Origin: Nemertoderma westbladi
Lineage: Eukaryota; Animalia; Xenacoelomorpha
NCBI GenBank assembly: GCA_032718475.1
Contig: JAUCBJ010001840.1
Span: 1 to 64,000, forward strand
Reading direction: 5' to 3'
Length of the DNA stretch: 64,000 bases
Part shown: piece by piece, positions 1 to 13,177 of the stretch
Layout: each line of letters opens with the position of its first letter
Numbering within the stretch: the stretch's first letter is position 1
Notes under the pieces: model-generated
The model's input: only the letters and a program-made list of their open reading frames with translations
The model's database searches: none
Told to the model about the DNA's origin: nothing
Program-made: the position numbers and the translations under genes

Positions 1-889
1 TTATGGTACTGTCAGACTGTGGTACCTAAGCTATATACTGTTAGGTATATTGCTGTATTGGGGTGGGGTTAGGAATAATCCATTTGTTTTAGCATTGAAC
101 TGTTGAATCCCCTTATTTATTATAAAACCATTGGAAATATTCGCAAATGCCACTCCATTACTGTCTGAAATGCTCCCGACAGTCCGATGCTGCGATGTAT
201 CTGGACCCGAGCAGCCGAGTTGCTTCAAGAGGTGATTAACGGGGGAATACTACGGAATTGCTTGTTTGTCAGTACGATTCTATTTGGGTATTTACTACAC
301 TCAGACACTGGGAATACGGCGGTTGGTCAGATCGTAATGCGGGCCACTGCCAAGTTCCTCATGCCTCACTCCGGTCACCCACCTTGGAGTGCGGTGGGAA
401 GAGTCCCACTTACTGACTTACGTCGACGACTGGACGAATCGACGAGGATTGCGATCTGGGTTTAGCGGCGGCCCGGATCCTGGGATCGCTGGGGGAAATG
501 GTTGAACGTTGGGCAGACGTTATCGCACTGGATTACGTTCTCTGTGACGCGAAAGTGTGAAGCGAATTCGTTGTCGAATTGGGTCGGAAGCTGCGGGAAT
601 TCTACTGTTCTACGGGAGTAAACCGCAGCGGTCCGGTGACTATGGACGGATACTACTGGGATAAGCAGGTATTTCGATCGAGTTTCTCGTATTCTCGATG
701 CTCGAGGCGGATAGAGAGTTGGTTGTGTTGGACGGTGTTGTTCAATTCTATCAAACATATTAAATAATTGGTAAAATAATAAAAACACACCAGATAAAGA
801 TACTGAGCTTATGGTAAAGAGATAGGCCGAACTTACAATTTCCAAATAGATTGTTCATATAATAAATATATTTTTGGTATTTGATTTCA

Positions 890-1146
890 AGATAGGGGGG
901 GGGGGGGGGGGGGCTGGACGCAATAAAAATTCATCCCTCTCCAGGGGAAATTGGACGCAAATAACAACAGCTGATTTCTCTCAAAAATAAAACTGTAACC
1001 TGTTCTATTGTGTTTACTTTATTGTTTTGGTTAAAATAACGTGCCACTGTAACCTGCTCCTTTCCCAAAATTGAGAAATTAATATTGAGGCGGGATATTA
1101 ATTCGCCAAGATGGGATTTGCGTCCAGTCCCACCCCCTCCTATCTC
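890..1146. mobile_element. Non-autonomous TIR element (MITE; Mutator- or hAT-like)
   Basis: TIRs AGATAG-G(n)-CTGGACGCAA / TTGCGTCCAG..CC..CTATCT; flanking direct repeat TTGATTTCA at 881-889 and 1147-1155 (8-9 bp TSD); second copy at 25244-25470. Confidence 0.8.
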
Positions 1147-1749
1147 TTGATTTCACTAAAAAATAGAATACATTGCATTTTACTGTTATAATTACTGTAT
1201 TGAATAAAATAATTAATTGATTGTTTATTAAACCGTGCTAAGCACGTTGAACTGGAGCTCTAACAATTCCCCACTAGCGGCAGACAGGAACTGTAAAAGT
1301 CTCTGTAGAATTTCTAATTAAGCAATGCTCTTAGGTAACTACTACTAAATTTCAGATGAATCTGATCGTTGGTTCTATAATTACAGCTATTTTTACGTTT
1401 CTGTTAATTCGCCCCCTAGCAGCAGACCGGGGAACTGTAGAAGTCTGTCTGTGTGTAGAATTTCTAAATTTTTTATAGACTACATGTGTACCAAGTTTGG
1501 TTCCATTTCATCCATGATTGACCGACTTATTAGCGTTCAAACATTCCTGCCACAAACATAGCCAGAGGCAGCCACAAACGAATAAAAGCTGCAGGAACTC
1601 GAGCGATAATTAATTTATTAATTATTAAATACTGTTTCAATTAAATTATTTACGAAAATCTAGTCATCTTCTTTTAAATATGGACCCTGCATTCATGGAA
1701 AATATAATATTTGATAATTCATCAGTCAGCCTACGCTAATTTCACAGCA

Positions 1750-2360
1750 AAGTCCTTGTCATGGCCTGTGTGTAGTAGGCCATGGTACCACCCTACTACC
1801 GGCTGACCGCGTGACCGGTGGCAACTAGCACTTCAGCACTTGCACAGCAACAGCACTACCGGCGATACACAGGTTGAAATTTATGTAGAGTTTGCTCAAC
1901 AGTACAGATATAAAATAGTTATCTAAATTATATATATTACTATTGACAAGTATTGAAATATATACCGTTATTCGTGTTATCAGTATTTGCAACATCTGAC
2001 ATTGAAGAGGTGAGAGAAGAAGAATACCGGCACTCAACATAACCAACGCTTATCACAGGTCGGTATGGTTACCTCGAAACCGGCGCGACTGTCCACTCGA
2101 ATACAACTTCAAAACACAAACGCCAACAATAAACTGAAAGCGAATCGAACGTCTTCAGAAGAATCTGTCATTGGGACGAAGAAAAGTAAGCCGAAACCAC
2201 GGGAATGGACCACAGCTAAGATTGAATGCTCCCATTGTCAGAGTTCCTGGACCGAAATTGAAACACCAATTGCCGATGGGCTTGATCTCTCAAACCAAAA
2301 CTTCCTCTGCGGGGTTTGCGCGGCAGTAAAGATTGAAAGTCTGGAAGCTGGCATCCCTAG
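1750..2360 (+). pseudogene. Probable 5' fragment of a CR1/L2-type LINE with truncated ORF1 (Cys-rich zinc finger)
   Basis: ORF 2065-2478 has CSHC...W...FLCGVC followed by a coiled-coil-like start (KIESLE), resembling LINE ORF1 N-termini; reads into AT-rich sequence after ~2360. Confidence 0.45.
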
Positions 2361-2709
2361 GTATTATTATTATAAAGAGCGTCAGCCTGCGTTTAATAAA
2401 TATATTTTAATACAAAACAGGTCGAACGCAATGAGGCATATAATGAAGACGAGTACAGCATTGATTATATTCCTATAAACCACCTGGCTTTGCATATTGA
2501 ACGTGCGTTTGGAAATAAGTTCGTGCTACCCTTCCGTGGGTGGTAGATGTCGCGGTTATGTATTGGTGGGTGGGGGAGGGGGGGGGGGGGTGCAGATTAA
2601 AGGGGGTGAACACGTGCTGTCCCCCTTTCTTTGATTAATTGGTGGTGTGGGTTAATCTCTCATAAACTGATTTTGTGATACAGTCGCACAATTTTAATTT
2701 GTATCTCAT

Positions 2710-3130
2710 AACTGGGCCTCGTGCTGCGCGAAGGCCCCATGAACGTGTTCATATAACGTAGGTGTAGGCTGCAGCTGTGGGTGTTGGAGTGTATTTGCGT
2801 TCTACAACTACAATACAGGATTATCATATATTATATATTAATTTGTAAATCAGTATCAGATTTACTTACTGTAAGAAAATCGTGTCTGTTAGTTTGTCTG
2901 TCTCTCTGTTAGTTAGTTTGTCACACGAAAGGCTACGAAACTATCCGGTCAATTGTGTTGTTTTTAGTACCATCCTGTAGTGTATGGTCTGAATGGGTGT
3001 ATAAAGCAATTTTCAAAAAATTGGATTACAGTCATTAGTTTTTGCCAAAAATGAAAAAAACGAAAAGTGCCATAGACGCAATGGTAAAATAACCCAAATA
3101 ACAGCTGGTGTTCATGAGGAAAAATGGCTT
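2710..3130. mobile_element. Helentron/DINE-like non-autonomous element remnant
   Basis: GC hairpin GGGCCTCG..CGAAGGCCC (~2714-2737) followed by a (TGTC/TTAG)-type microsatellite at ~2883-2925; similar CAGA microsatellites at ~7535 and ~11380. Confidence 0.35.
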
Positions 3131-3999
3131 ATGTAATGGATTTCTACTCAAGGCTTAGTATAAATCGATGAGGTTGCCAAGATTATTGTACTTAGTACAC
3201 CCATACTGTTTGCTTAGGCCCTACTACATTAAACTCCACTCCCTTACAAACTTGAAATTCTTCATTAGTGTGTGTTAAATATTTTATACAGCTGATAGCC
3301 TTATCAGTAAAGGTATGAGCGAATGTGAATTATTACTAATTCCTGGTGAATGAATTTTAGTAATAATGTAGGCCTTCAACTGTAGTACTACAATAAATGG
3401 TGTAATTAGAATCATGAGAGGGAAACGTAGGTTTAGAAAATTTGATCATTGTCAGGCCTAAAGGAACAAAGTACTGTAATTTAACAAGTTAAATATTACT
3501 ATATTAATTAATTAATAGAAGTTTTCTAAAGATTGAAGATTTACATCCCTGCACGCCACTCGTACTTTAAAACTATTAATATATTAATACACCTACACCT
3601 ACCTACACACCTACACACACATACGTTTTGTGAACATACCTTTATCGCATTACCCGGCATTATTGTATCATTATTCTGCCATTTGTAGAAATAAGCCTTC
3701 CAATTAATCATCTCATGATCTTATACAGCTTTTACTTTGGGAATTGCCGGTTATTATTTCCAGAGAAATGACAGCACACCATGATTCTGCAGATTGCCTG
3801 CATTTCCTATATTGCTTCATAATCTTGCTGGTTTATGAATCTGTTTGATTGATAAGAAAACTGCTTTCATAAAGCCTGCCAGCTGCATCCATAATTAATT
3901 TACCCATAAAATAATAATAAAAATAAAATTATAATAAAAATAAAATTATAATAAAATAAAATTAAGTATATTGAATGGGAGAATCTTCTAGTGTCGTTA

Positions 4000-4130
4000 A
4001 GGCAAGCAATGCCTGTTCACCGCCATGGATGATCTTCCACAGTAAACCCTTCCACTTTGTTTCCCAAGTTGCCTTGTTCCCATTTATCGACCACTGAAGG
4101 ATAAAAGCCAGGGTTGGGCTAGGAGGCTGC
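4000..4130 (-). mobile_element. Degenerate SINE core (Nin-domain-like)
   Basis: CATTTATCGACC..GAAGGATAAAAGCCAGGGTTG resembles the reverse complement of the Nin-SINE core, from recall rather than alignment. Confidence 0.35.
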
Positions 4131-4764
4131 AGCATTTAAAGCACTGTGCTTTGTGTTTAAATTAAGTACTTGTATATTATGCTTATTATTATATTATGCT
4201 ATATTATATATTATAATAAAAATTATGCCAAAACAATAAAAACAATACAAATGAGATTTGGATCGATGAACAATTGAATCTCCAGTATTTGGAGATTTTT
4301 ATTTTTTTTTAAATTAATATAAAATAATTAATAAACAACATGATGGAGGATGGTTCCTGGCCACGGTCGAAGTGTCTAGATCGAGTCATAGATCGATACG
4401 AAAATAATTAGATTCGTTCATAATTAGCTATAATTACATTTTTAACCAATTTGTTTCCGATTTTGCAGGGATAACATTCTGAATTTTAGCATAACAATTA
4501 CGTGGATTTTACTTTTATTCCCGGGAAAATAAGGAAATTCAGCTTCTTCTGTTCCTAAAAATCGCAGATATTTACCTAGAAATACTTCTGTGTGTCGGAC
4601 TTTGTTCCTAAAATTGCGGTTGTTCACTTTTATTTATCGTGTGTTAGCATAGCTGGACACTTGCTATCCATCATTATAGTCAGCAATCAGCCTTTGCCAT
4701 TCTCAACTGTTGAAGTTTTATTTGAACTGCAGTTTTAGACCTACTGCTACCAGTACATTTCTAG

Positions 4765-5092
4765 AAGACTTTGCAGGACATTGCCTTAGCCGTAAGGTCC
4801 TGCCTGTGCACAATCTTGTGCTTCGGCAGCCCCAAGGATAAAATAAGAATGGTGGACAGCCCATGACTTTCGTGAGACGCCTCCTAAAGGACACTGGCCT
4901 TTACAATGCCGATAATCTCGCGAAATTCATGGGGATAGAGAGTTGTGGCGGTACAACTTTTTTTGATAAGCCAGCATAGCATTCTTAATGCAGGCTGCAT
5001 TGGGCTTGCCAATTGTGGATTGCATGGTGGTGACAAAATGTTTTTGTTAAGCCATCATAGTTTCAATGCAGCAGGCCGATTATAGTAGTACA
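4765..5092 (+). mobile_element. RTE LINE 3' fragment (long-3'UTR subfamily)
   Basis: Clear nucleotide similarity to 30795-31045 (TTTGCAGGACATTGC..GGTGGACAGCCCATGAC..AAAGGACACTGG..GATAAGCC..GCATTCTTAA); ends in a TAGTAG-like tail. Confidence 0.8.
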
Positions 5093-7649
5093 GTTCTAAG
5101 TATGCTCCACCACAAATCCAATAAAAATCCACCTCAACGGGGTTTTCGTCTACTACTGGTGGATAACAGCGAGCAACTGCAGGTGTAAAGGAAATATTGT
5201 GGAATAAGATTATGTAATACATGAACGAAAGTTGCTAGCATCTAATGGTACGCAGAAGTTCTGGTATTTAAAAAAAAATACATAATAGTGTAGTGATCCC
5301 TAATAATTCGATGATACTAGCTGATTGACAAAACTACTATATATAGTAAATAACTACACGTCGACCTGGCCTTAAATATGCAATATTTTGAATTGAAGAT
5401 GTGGTGTTTCAAATATATCGATATAATTACAATTTCGATTTTACATTCTGCCTCTATCCGCAACACATATCAACAAATCATATTTCTACCGCTTTTTAGT
5501 ACAAAATTTGCTTTAAAAGATCAATGACCAATTGTACTATTGGTGATTAGTCCAAACAGAATCCTGTTTCCTCGTAGTGAGACCAGATTAAATAAACTGG
5601 TGAACCATATTATGGTCAGCCATATTAGGTCACCAGGTATACTCCAATTGAGTCGTTTCCTGTTACCACCACTTCACTATGAAAGTAACGTGTTGCAACC
5701 TGTCACTACAGGTGTGTTGTAGATGTGTAGGCATAATGTTGCAGGGGTCGCAAATAGTAGAAGGTTCAGCATTACCAACTGGGCGAGATACGACAACAAA
5801 GTCCATGGTGGTGGTATAATCAACAATTTACATCTTTCGCACTTCCCTCTCGGAAAAATCTAAAAAATGTACCTAATTCTCTTTAATTTTAAAAATAATC
5901 AGCTCAATATTCTTTTAATGGGGAGTTTGAAAGTTATCGCGTATAAAGTATAATTTTAACTTGTTAATTATGTTTAAATCAATCATCATCAAGTACATTA
6001 TTCTTAAAGTAAATCACTTGAACTAATTAAAAAACTATAATGGAATGGGGTATGGGGATTACAGCTGTATAATTTTTATGTAAATTTAATTTAATAGTAG
6101 ATGATAATGAAATTCCATGAAAGAACACGCTGAAATTTCCACTTTTTAAAGCAATTAACATAATTAATTAATTAAACTGCTTTTATCTTAGCTTCTTGAA
6201 GGCCACACGTCAATTCTATTTGTAAAATTTCTAAACTTTTGACAGACTACTGTACTTGTGTAGAAAGTTTGGTTAAATATCATAGAGGATCTACAGATCG
6301 ACAGAACAACAACAGGTTGATTAATGGAACTCCTACGCTAATGATTACTTCCTTACCTAACTTCGTGGCTCGCCCCACACCAAATAGAACTAACATTCAT
6401 ATATTTGTGAATAATACTGAAAGTTTGAAGATATTTACAGAGAACTGGCCATAGGCAGTCATTAGTAATCAGCAACACGGATATGCTTTCCGCATCCGTT
6501 CCAAGCAGTTCAGTGAGAATATAACGAATTTAATTACACGCCTGAGATCCAATTACTTGATGAGTTCCGCGGGTGGAAGATGGGGTGAGGGACAATTCTA
6601 TATGAGGCGTAGAGAGGTGGGCGGTCAACTTGTAAAAGCCATTGTAAACGTGGTTGCTCATATTAATTCATTAAATCGTTAAAGGGTTTTGGTGTCGAGT
6701 AGAAAATTCGAAGTGAATCACAATAAACACTTAATGTAATTAGAAAACTAAGGTTGATTAGCAGTATTCTTCCTTCCTGGCGAAAAAATCAATAATAACT
6801 TTGGTTAATTCACGTCTGACAAGTTCTGAGAAGTGATAAACACACTTATAACCCATGGGACAGAATGCATAATCAGTGATGTTCAAAATTACAGTTTAAT
6901 AAATTGTTAAGTGTATGATTATTCTAGTAGAATCACACTTTGTCTCAAGGACAGGTTATTACGGTAAATCTAACATAATGTGATGGTGGCTTAAAGGTTT
7001 ACCTGGCCCCTAGATTTATTTTATTTTATTTTATTCTGTATCATTTCGCCACCAATGCTTTAAAAAGGGACCAGCTTATTTATGCTTGCCTTGCATGCTT
7101 AAGACCATGGATATAATTCTTAAATGTTAAGAGTGACGAGGTCATCAGCATAATATATATAGTGGTGTTATCACGCTGACCAATAGCAACACATCCGAAA
7201 CCTGCATTGTTGAAATCGACGGCGTCCTGTTCGTTAGTGTCTAACGTTCCACCAGTATAGTATATATAATGTTCATCGAGGACCTACGTTCCACCGGGAC
7301 CTAATGAATGTCCCACTGGCCCGAAGTTCTGGTCTGTCATGCCTTATGGGCATTCCGTTGGGATTTCGCAGCTAGAGACAGGGAATCCTCTTAATATTTT
7401 TTCAAATTCTGCAAGAAGATCAACAGTTCGATGTACAATAATTGATTATTTACAATAACTGATGAAGCATAGAAGCCGAGGAATACTAAATTATCAATCT
7501 CCCCGATTGCTGGTCTATCCGTCAAAATGTAACACAGACAGACAGACTGACAGACCAGATTAATTTTGATTTAATTCCTTCCAAAGGATCGAACCCACTC
7601 AATACAGCGGGCCACATAATATTAGACTGGTGGCTGGCCAACATGAATT

Positions 7650-8370
7650 CGACCTATCCCCACATGAATTCCCCGACGCCCATGCGATACGCCATGATAT
7701 GGCCGACAACTTATGAGAGCGCCCAACCCCGCGAGGGCTGCGGGGCCCCCATCAACCTCAACCATTGGTTGAATTGTAAATCAGGGGGCTTTTATGCAGC
7801 GGCACATCGAGCTCCAGCACACAGTCGCCGATATAGCTGCCCTCACATTCGGACCGCATTCGGGAATCGGTTGTCCAAAAGCAACACACGGACACCTCTG
7901 GAGAGGCCAATGGACTCCGCTGCGACCTTACAATCCGGGGTGCGTTCAACCCGCAGACTCAGGCATTGATTGACGTTAGGCTAACAAATCTAGACACTGA
8001 GTCATATGGGGGCGCGCCCCAATGACAGTCCTAGAAGGAGCTGAAGACTTTAAGCAGAGCAGCTGTGGAGCTCTGAGCAGCAGTGGAGATGAGACGAGGT
8101 GATTTTTCCCAATTGTGGCATCTTGTCATTGCACTTCACTGCAGCTGCTACTTGTCTTTAGTATTGGCCAAGCCATACAGCGTGGTAATGGGGTGGGTTA
8201 GAAAGCGAATCAATTTCCCTATAATCCGAGGCGTTTATCACTGCCTTCGCGCATCGCGGATCAAGTAGAGCTCTGGACTCGGAATGGACGAAGGAGCTGG
8301 TTTGCCAGGGCTAAAAACCTTAATATTCCCTAAAGTACAAATATGTATTGATTTAGACAAACTATTAAAT
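7650..8370 (+). pseudogene. CRE-clade non-LTR retrotransposon 3' remnant (CCHC + restriction-like endonuclease region)
   Basis: Frame-shifted pieces GCGAP..HWLNCKSGG, GLRCDLTIRG..LIDVRLTN..SY, KPYSVVMGWVRKRINF.IIR....CLRASR match the typical CRE C-terminus. Confidence 0.7.
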
Positions 8371-8450
8371 GTTTACTGATTGGTCACTTTATTCATGTTT
8401 TCTGATTGGTCACTTTATTCATGTTTACTGATTGGTCACTTTATTCAAAT
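8368..8450. repeat. ~26-bp tandem repeat x3
   Basis: CTGATTGGTCACTTTATTCATGTTT repeated three times. Confidence 0.85.
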
Positions 8451-11400
8451 GCATTTCTTCATTATTCAATGCATTTATTCAAATTCATTTTGTTAATTGT
8501 TGAGATTTCTGGCTGTTAAATTAAAAATTAATTAATTTGTAGCAATTAATTTTAATTTTAGCTCGGTTGGGAGCCTCCTTAGTGAACATTATTAACCGAC
8601 GCGACACTCTCAATCACAGACCCCAGACGGATGATGAATGATGAATTGATGGTGAATGTTTAAACTTTAAAGGTAATGGAAAGGAATGTGATTTTTAATT
8701 GTCAACGTACCAAATCACGCCAATCAAACCCGATTCAACTAATTTTTTGTTCATTCGAAAGGGTTGCGGCTATTTTTGTTAAAGTTATTTTGTTGAATTT
8801 GGAAAAATGTTACAATATATATTAATATAACTAATACTGCCAAATTAAAAATTTTGTAAAACACGTTTTGTATTGTTGTCGAAGGCCTTGTTTAATGGCG
8901 GTTACAGTTTTCCATGTCCAATAATAAAGAGGAACAATTGGGTGGGCGCGGGGGGGGGGGGGGGGTTATATTCCCTTAATGAAATACTGACTTATTAACA
9001 TCTCAAATTATTATCTCCTTTCCTAACAGGTCGCCTTTATTATAACCACAATGGAATGTTATTTAGTCTACACTTTTTAAATAATAATAAAAATAAATAA
9101 ATAAGACATTTTACATGTACATGTTACATGTTATATCTACATGTACATTCATATATATATATGTAAATAATTGTAAATTTTATTTACATTGCGGGAGTAT
9201 AATAGAAGAATTAGATCATATACTTATATATGTAAAGTCTGCATCGCCATCTGTAAAGATTAGTAATCTGCCATAATTGCTGGGGTCATACATCAAATAC
9301 CTAATGGTTTGGATGGGGTAATCATCTTATATTACATTCATTTCATTAATCTACCTTCATATCAAATTGTCTCTTACTGCAGTTTACAATAACCTAATAT
9401 TTTTTAGAAATAATGTAAATTCATGTTTATAGTCAATATATTTAAATCCATTTTTTGTGTACCTAAAATATTATATTATAAAAAACGTACACAATGTACA
9501 ATAATAGTTTATTTGTTCACAGAGTAGCGTTACACTATATGAGAGTGCGATGTGTGAACTTAACATAACTGCGATCGTAACGGGTGTGTTCTTCAATTAT
9601 TTGTATCTTTCCGTAATGAGATAACAATAACTAAATAGTCTTTAATTCCTTATACGCCGTTGCAAATAGAGGTGGAATTGTGATTGCGATAAGTTGATAG
9701 AATTACTTAATGAGTGCAGACAACATTTTTAAATTAATTAAAGACGAAAGACAAGCGCGTTTTTGTATTTGACAACTCAAGTCTTACATTCCCGGACAAT
9801 ATTTGTATACAATTAATCGACTGATACAGAGCAAAGTTCAATAGCCAGTGCATAGATAACATTACACCATCACCATACAATTATATTGAATACAAATTAA
9901 TAATTGTTAATAAAGGCTATTCACGTGATTCTCCTTGATAATAATTGTTTTACCTTTGATTATAACACAGACTGTATAGACGGACTGATGTTTGGGATAT
10001 GCGTACATCTTTGCTAGGAATAACAACGTTATACACTAGACTCATATTCTTTGGTATTTCCTTAAAATTTCGATCAGTGTTGCCTAAATTTCACCGACAC
10101 CTAAATCCTCCCTAAAATAAATTGCGTATTTTTTGTCCACTATTTGTCTTGGGAAGTGTAATTATTTACTATTTACAGTAATGTTTAGTATCTTAGCTAT
10201 ATTATATTAGTAAAGCTATATGTTTAGTAACTTACATTATATTTTTAATAAGTTATTATACGCTATATGTTTAGTAACTTAAACGATATGTTTGTGTTGG
10301 AACTTAATCTACATGTAGGGCTATATATAGAATAGCTTACACTATATGTTTAGAGAATATAGAGGATATTTAGATTTAGAGGATATGTTTAGAAGTTTAG
10401 TAACTTACGTTCAAGGCTCTCTCTATATTCAAGAAATACTGGCAGCGGGGCCGATGTAAAAATCAATAAATTTGATTTATTATTACAGGCTGTGTGGTGT
10501 CTCTGACCAGTTTGTATTACTTTCAGTATTAAAGATTACACCTTTCCTTTACCGGTACCAGATGTCGGAATGTACGGTAAAGACTTTAAATTTAATATGG
10601 TCCAACAGCAGTAAATTTAGCTTGAGTATGTGGTCATATTAATCATCTTAATAAATGTAAAGGTTAATTATACCCTCCCTACCAGTCTGTGTAGTCAGGC
10701 TTTAATGGTACGGTAGACAGACATACTCCCTTATCTTTAGGTTTTTAGGTAGGCCTAAATTATTTTTTAATTACCAGTTAGCTAATTAATTTAATTTTAA
10801 AATTGAACGTCAATGTTTATGGAAACACTCTGTAAAAGGATGAAATTGAATGAGCTTCTTGGTTGGCTACGATTCATGAACGTTTTGAATTCTATGTCAT
10901 CCCTGTATGTGTACTTACTGTCTGCTAATATCTGTGCGACTCATTGGGCTGCATATGTCCCTTGTATATATGTCATAAATAGAGAACATCTTTTTGTACA
11001 ATACTTTTGAAAAAAAAAATCTAGCCTTCCAGGCAGGTTCGTTATAAATAAAATTTATTTAATTTTAAATTTAACTTTAATTTTTTTTAATTTAACTTTA
11101 ATTTTTTTTAATTTAACTTTAATTTTTTTAAATGTAACTTTATTTCACTCTTGTAATATTGCAATGTTTATCTAGGCCTATAACTTATATTTCTTCATAA
11201 GGGCCATGTAAGTGTAGATATCTGTATATGGTGAACTGCGGGCGGGATCCCCCACGGGAATTCTATTATAGACTTTCAACAGACAACAAGTTAGTGTAAA
11301 AGGTTTGGTCTAATTTCATCAATGATTAATGATTGATTGGGTTATTAGCCTACAGACGTTTGCCTACAGACCGACAGTGAGACAGACAGACAGACAAAGT

Positions 11401-11569
11401 TTGAAACAGTTGATACGGGTGTATGCTAAACTCGGTTGCTTCATCGCTCGTCCCACAAATCAAATGTGTGACTTTGATTTTACAATAACCAGTGATTCTG
11501 CCAGTCCCTGTAAATTGTTGTCCTTATTTAACATTTGTTTCTATACAATAATTATTTATTGCAAACAAT

Positions 11570-11740
11570 ATGGATTTCAATAAGTTAGTAAATGAGGACC
11601 TTCCCAAGATGTTGGAGTTAGTTGACGACATGAGTATGATGGCGAACTGTATTTGGGAACTCAGAACAATGCTTATTATTGTCACAATTACGGGATATAT
11701 TGGGGGAATTATATTCCTCGTAATGAAATGTAAAGAACAG
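11570..11740 (+). CDS. Possible first coding exon of a small single-pass membrane protein
   Basis: ATG in A-rich context; hydrophobic stretch MLIIVTITGYIGGIIFLVM followed by KCK; CAG|GTTGGT donor-like site at 11740; no downstream exon identified. Confidence 0.2.
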
Positions 11741-11884
11741 GTTGGTATTTTTACCTATTTTACCAAAGTACCGATTGTGTTTGGTTTCTTGTACTGTACT
11801 GTACAATATACCTCCAACATATTTCCTTCTCTCACTCTAGAAAGTAACTAAAGATAAGTGGAGGATAGTGAGAATATTCGACCT

Positions 11885-12109
11885 ACAGTATCTATCTGTA
11901 ATAGGCCTGCTGCATTGAAGCTGCAGATAGAGATGCTAAGCTGGCTTAACAAAAATATTTTGCCACCACCATACCATCCATAATTGGCAAGCCCAATGCA
12001 GCGTGCGTTAAGAATGCTATGCTGGCTTGTAAACCAAGTTGCACCGCCACAACTCCCTATCCCCATAAATTTCGCGAGATTATCCGCATCTTCAAGGCCA
12101 GTCCTTTAA
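11885..12109 (-). mobile_element. RTE LINE 3' fragment (long-3'UTR subfamily), interrupted by piggyBac-like element at TTAA
   Basis: Reverse complement matches 4885-5085 and 30910-31010. Confidence 0.8.
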
Positions 12110-13177
12110 CCCTATTAGTACCGGGCTATAAAATGTTGTACAAATACCGGGGGCACAGCATTCTTAAAAATGCAGCTGCAATGCAGCATGCCGATCCTAG
12201 TAGTAGTAGGGGGGGGGGGGGGGTCATATTGACCCCCCCTCTAAAATCTACAAATATTTACGAAAACGTCTGATTTTTTGTTTGTACGTAGGTATCACTT
12301 GTCTGGATCCGACCGAAAAAAAAAATTTTCGAAAAAATGTACTGGGGTGGTTATATTGAAGCACCAAAATTACAAGTAGTGCACAATTTTCACCAAATTT
12401 GAAAGTTACATTTTCGGCTAATTATTTTTTAATACAGGTTTTCTGGGGTGCAAAATACATTGGAAAATATTAAAAAATGATATGATTACTATAAATGGCT
12501 GTTTAGTCCTCTCTGCGTAGGAAAAAAATGAAAAAAACAAGTAACCAGCACTTTTCAGTTAGAACACAAAATTTTTAATTCACTTATACGATGCTATAAA
12601 TTCACATTTTCAGGTTTTCGAGGGCGCTGATTCTAATGGAATACATTTCTAATATGCCAGATCATTGCTACTTGTATTTTTCGGCGTAATTTGGCAAATT
12701 TTGGTGCTAGCACCAAATTTCGTACCCATCACCAAAAAGTACAAGTTTGCGATGTCCAGTGCTGTTTTTATTGATTCCATCGGATTCAGGACCCTCATAA
12801 ACCCGTATAACGCAAGAAACAAGGTGATACTATCTACTTATCAATTTGCATATTTTCCAAAATTTGGTGCTGGCACAACAATTTTCACCCACCGGCGAAA
12901 AATACAAGTTTGAGAACTCTTATGAAATTTTTACTGATTCCATTGAATTCAGAACCATCACAAACCCGTATAACGCAAGAAACAAGGTGACACAATCAAT
13001 TGATATATTTGATGGTTTTCAAAATTTGGTGCTAGCACCACATTTTGCACCCACATCCGAAAAATACAAGTTTGAGATGTCTAGTTCGATAATTATATTT
13101 TCCATTGAATTCAAAACAGCCATAACCCTCTAAAACGCAAGAAATAAATTGTCACAAGCAATTTTATCTATTGAATG
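12110..13177 (+). mobile_element. piggyBac-type non-autonomous element, left part (truncated by BEL-1 LTR)
   Basis: TTAA (12106-12109) + CCCTATTAGTACCGGG; highly similar to the complete copy at 31601-33160 up to TTGAATG. Confidence 0.9.
12152..12208 (+). mobile_element. Extremely 5'-truncated RTE retrocopy (~57 bp)
   Basis: Identical to the RTE 3' end at ~30998-31047, plus a (TAG)n tail; absent from the second piggyBac-like copy. Confidence 0.85.

Noticed and set aside
12665-13133. Duplicated short ORFs (also 32065-32563)
   Set aside because: Chance frames in the internal tandem units of the non-coding piggyBac-like element
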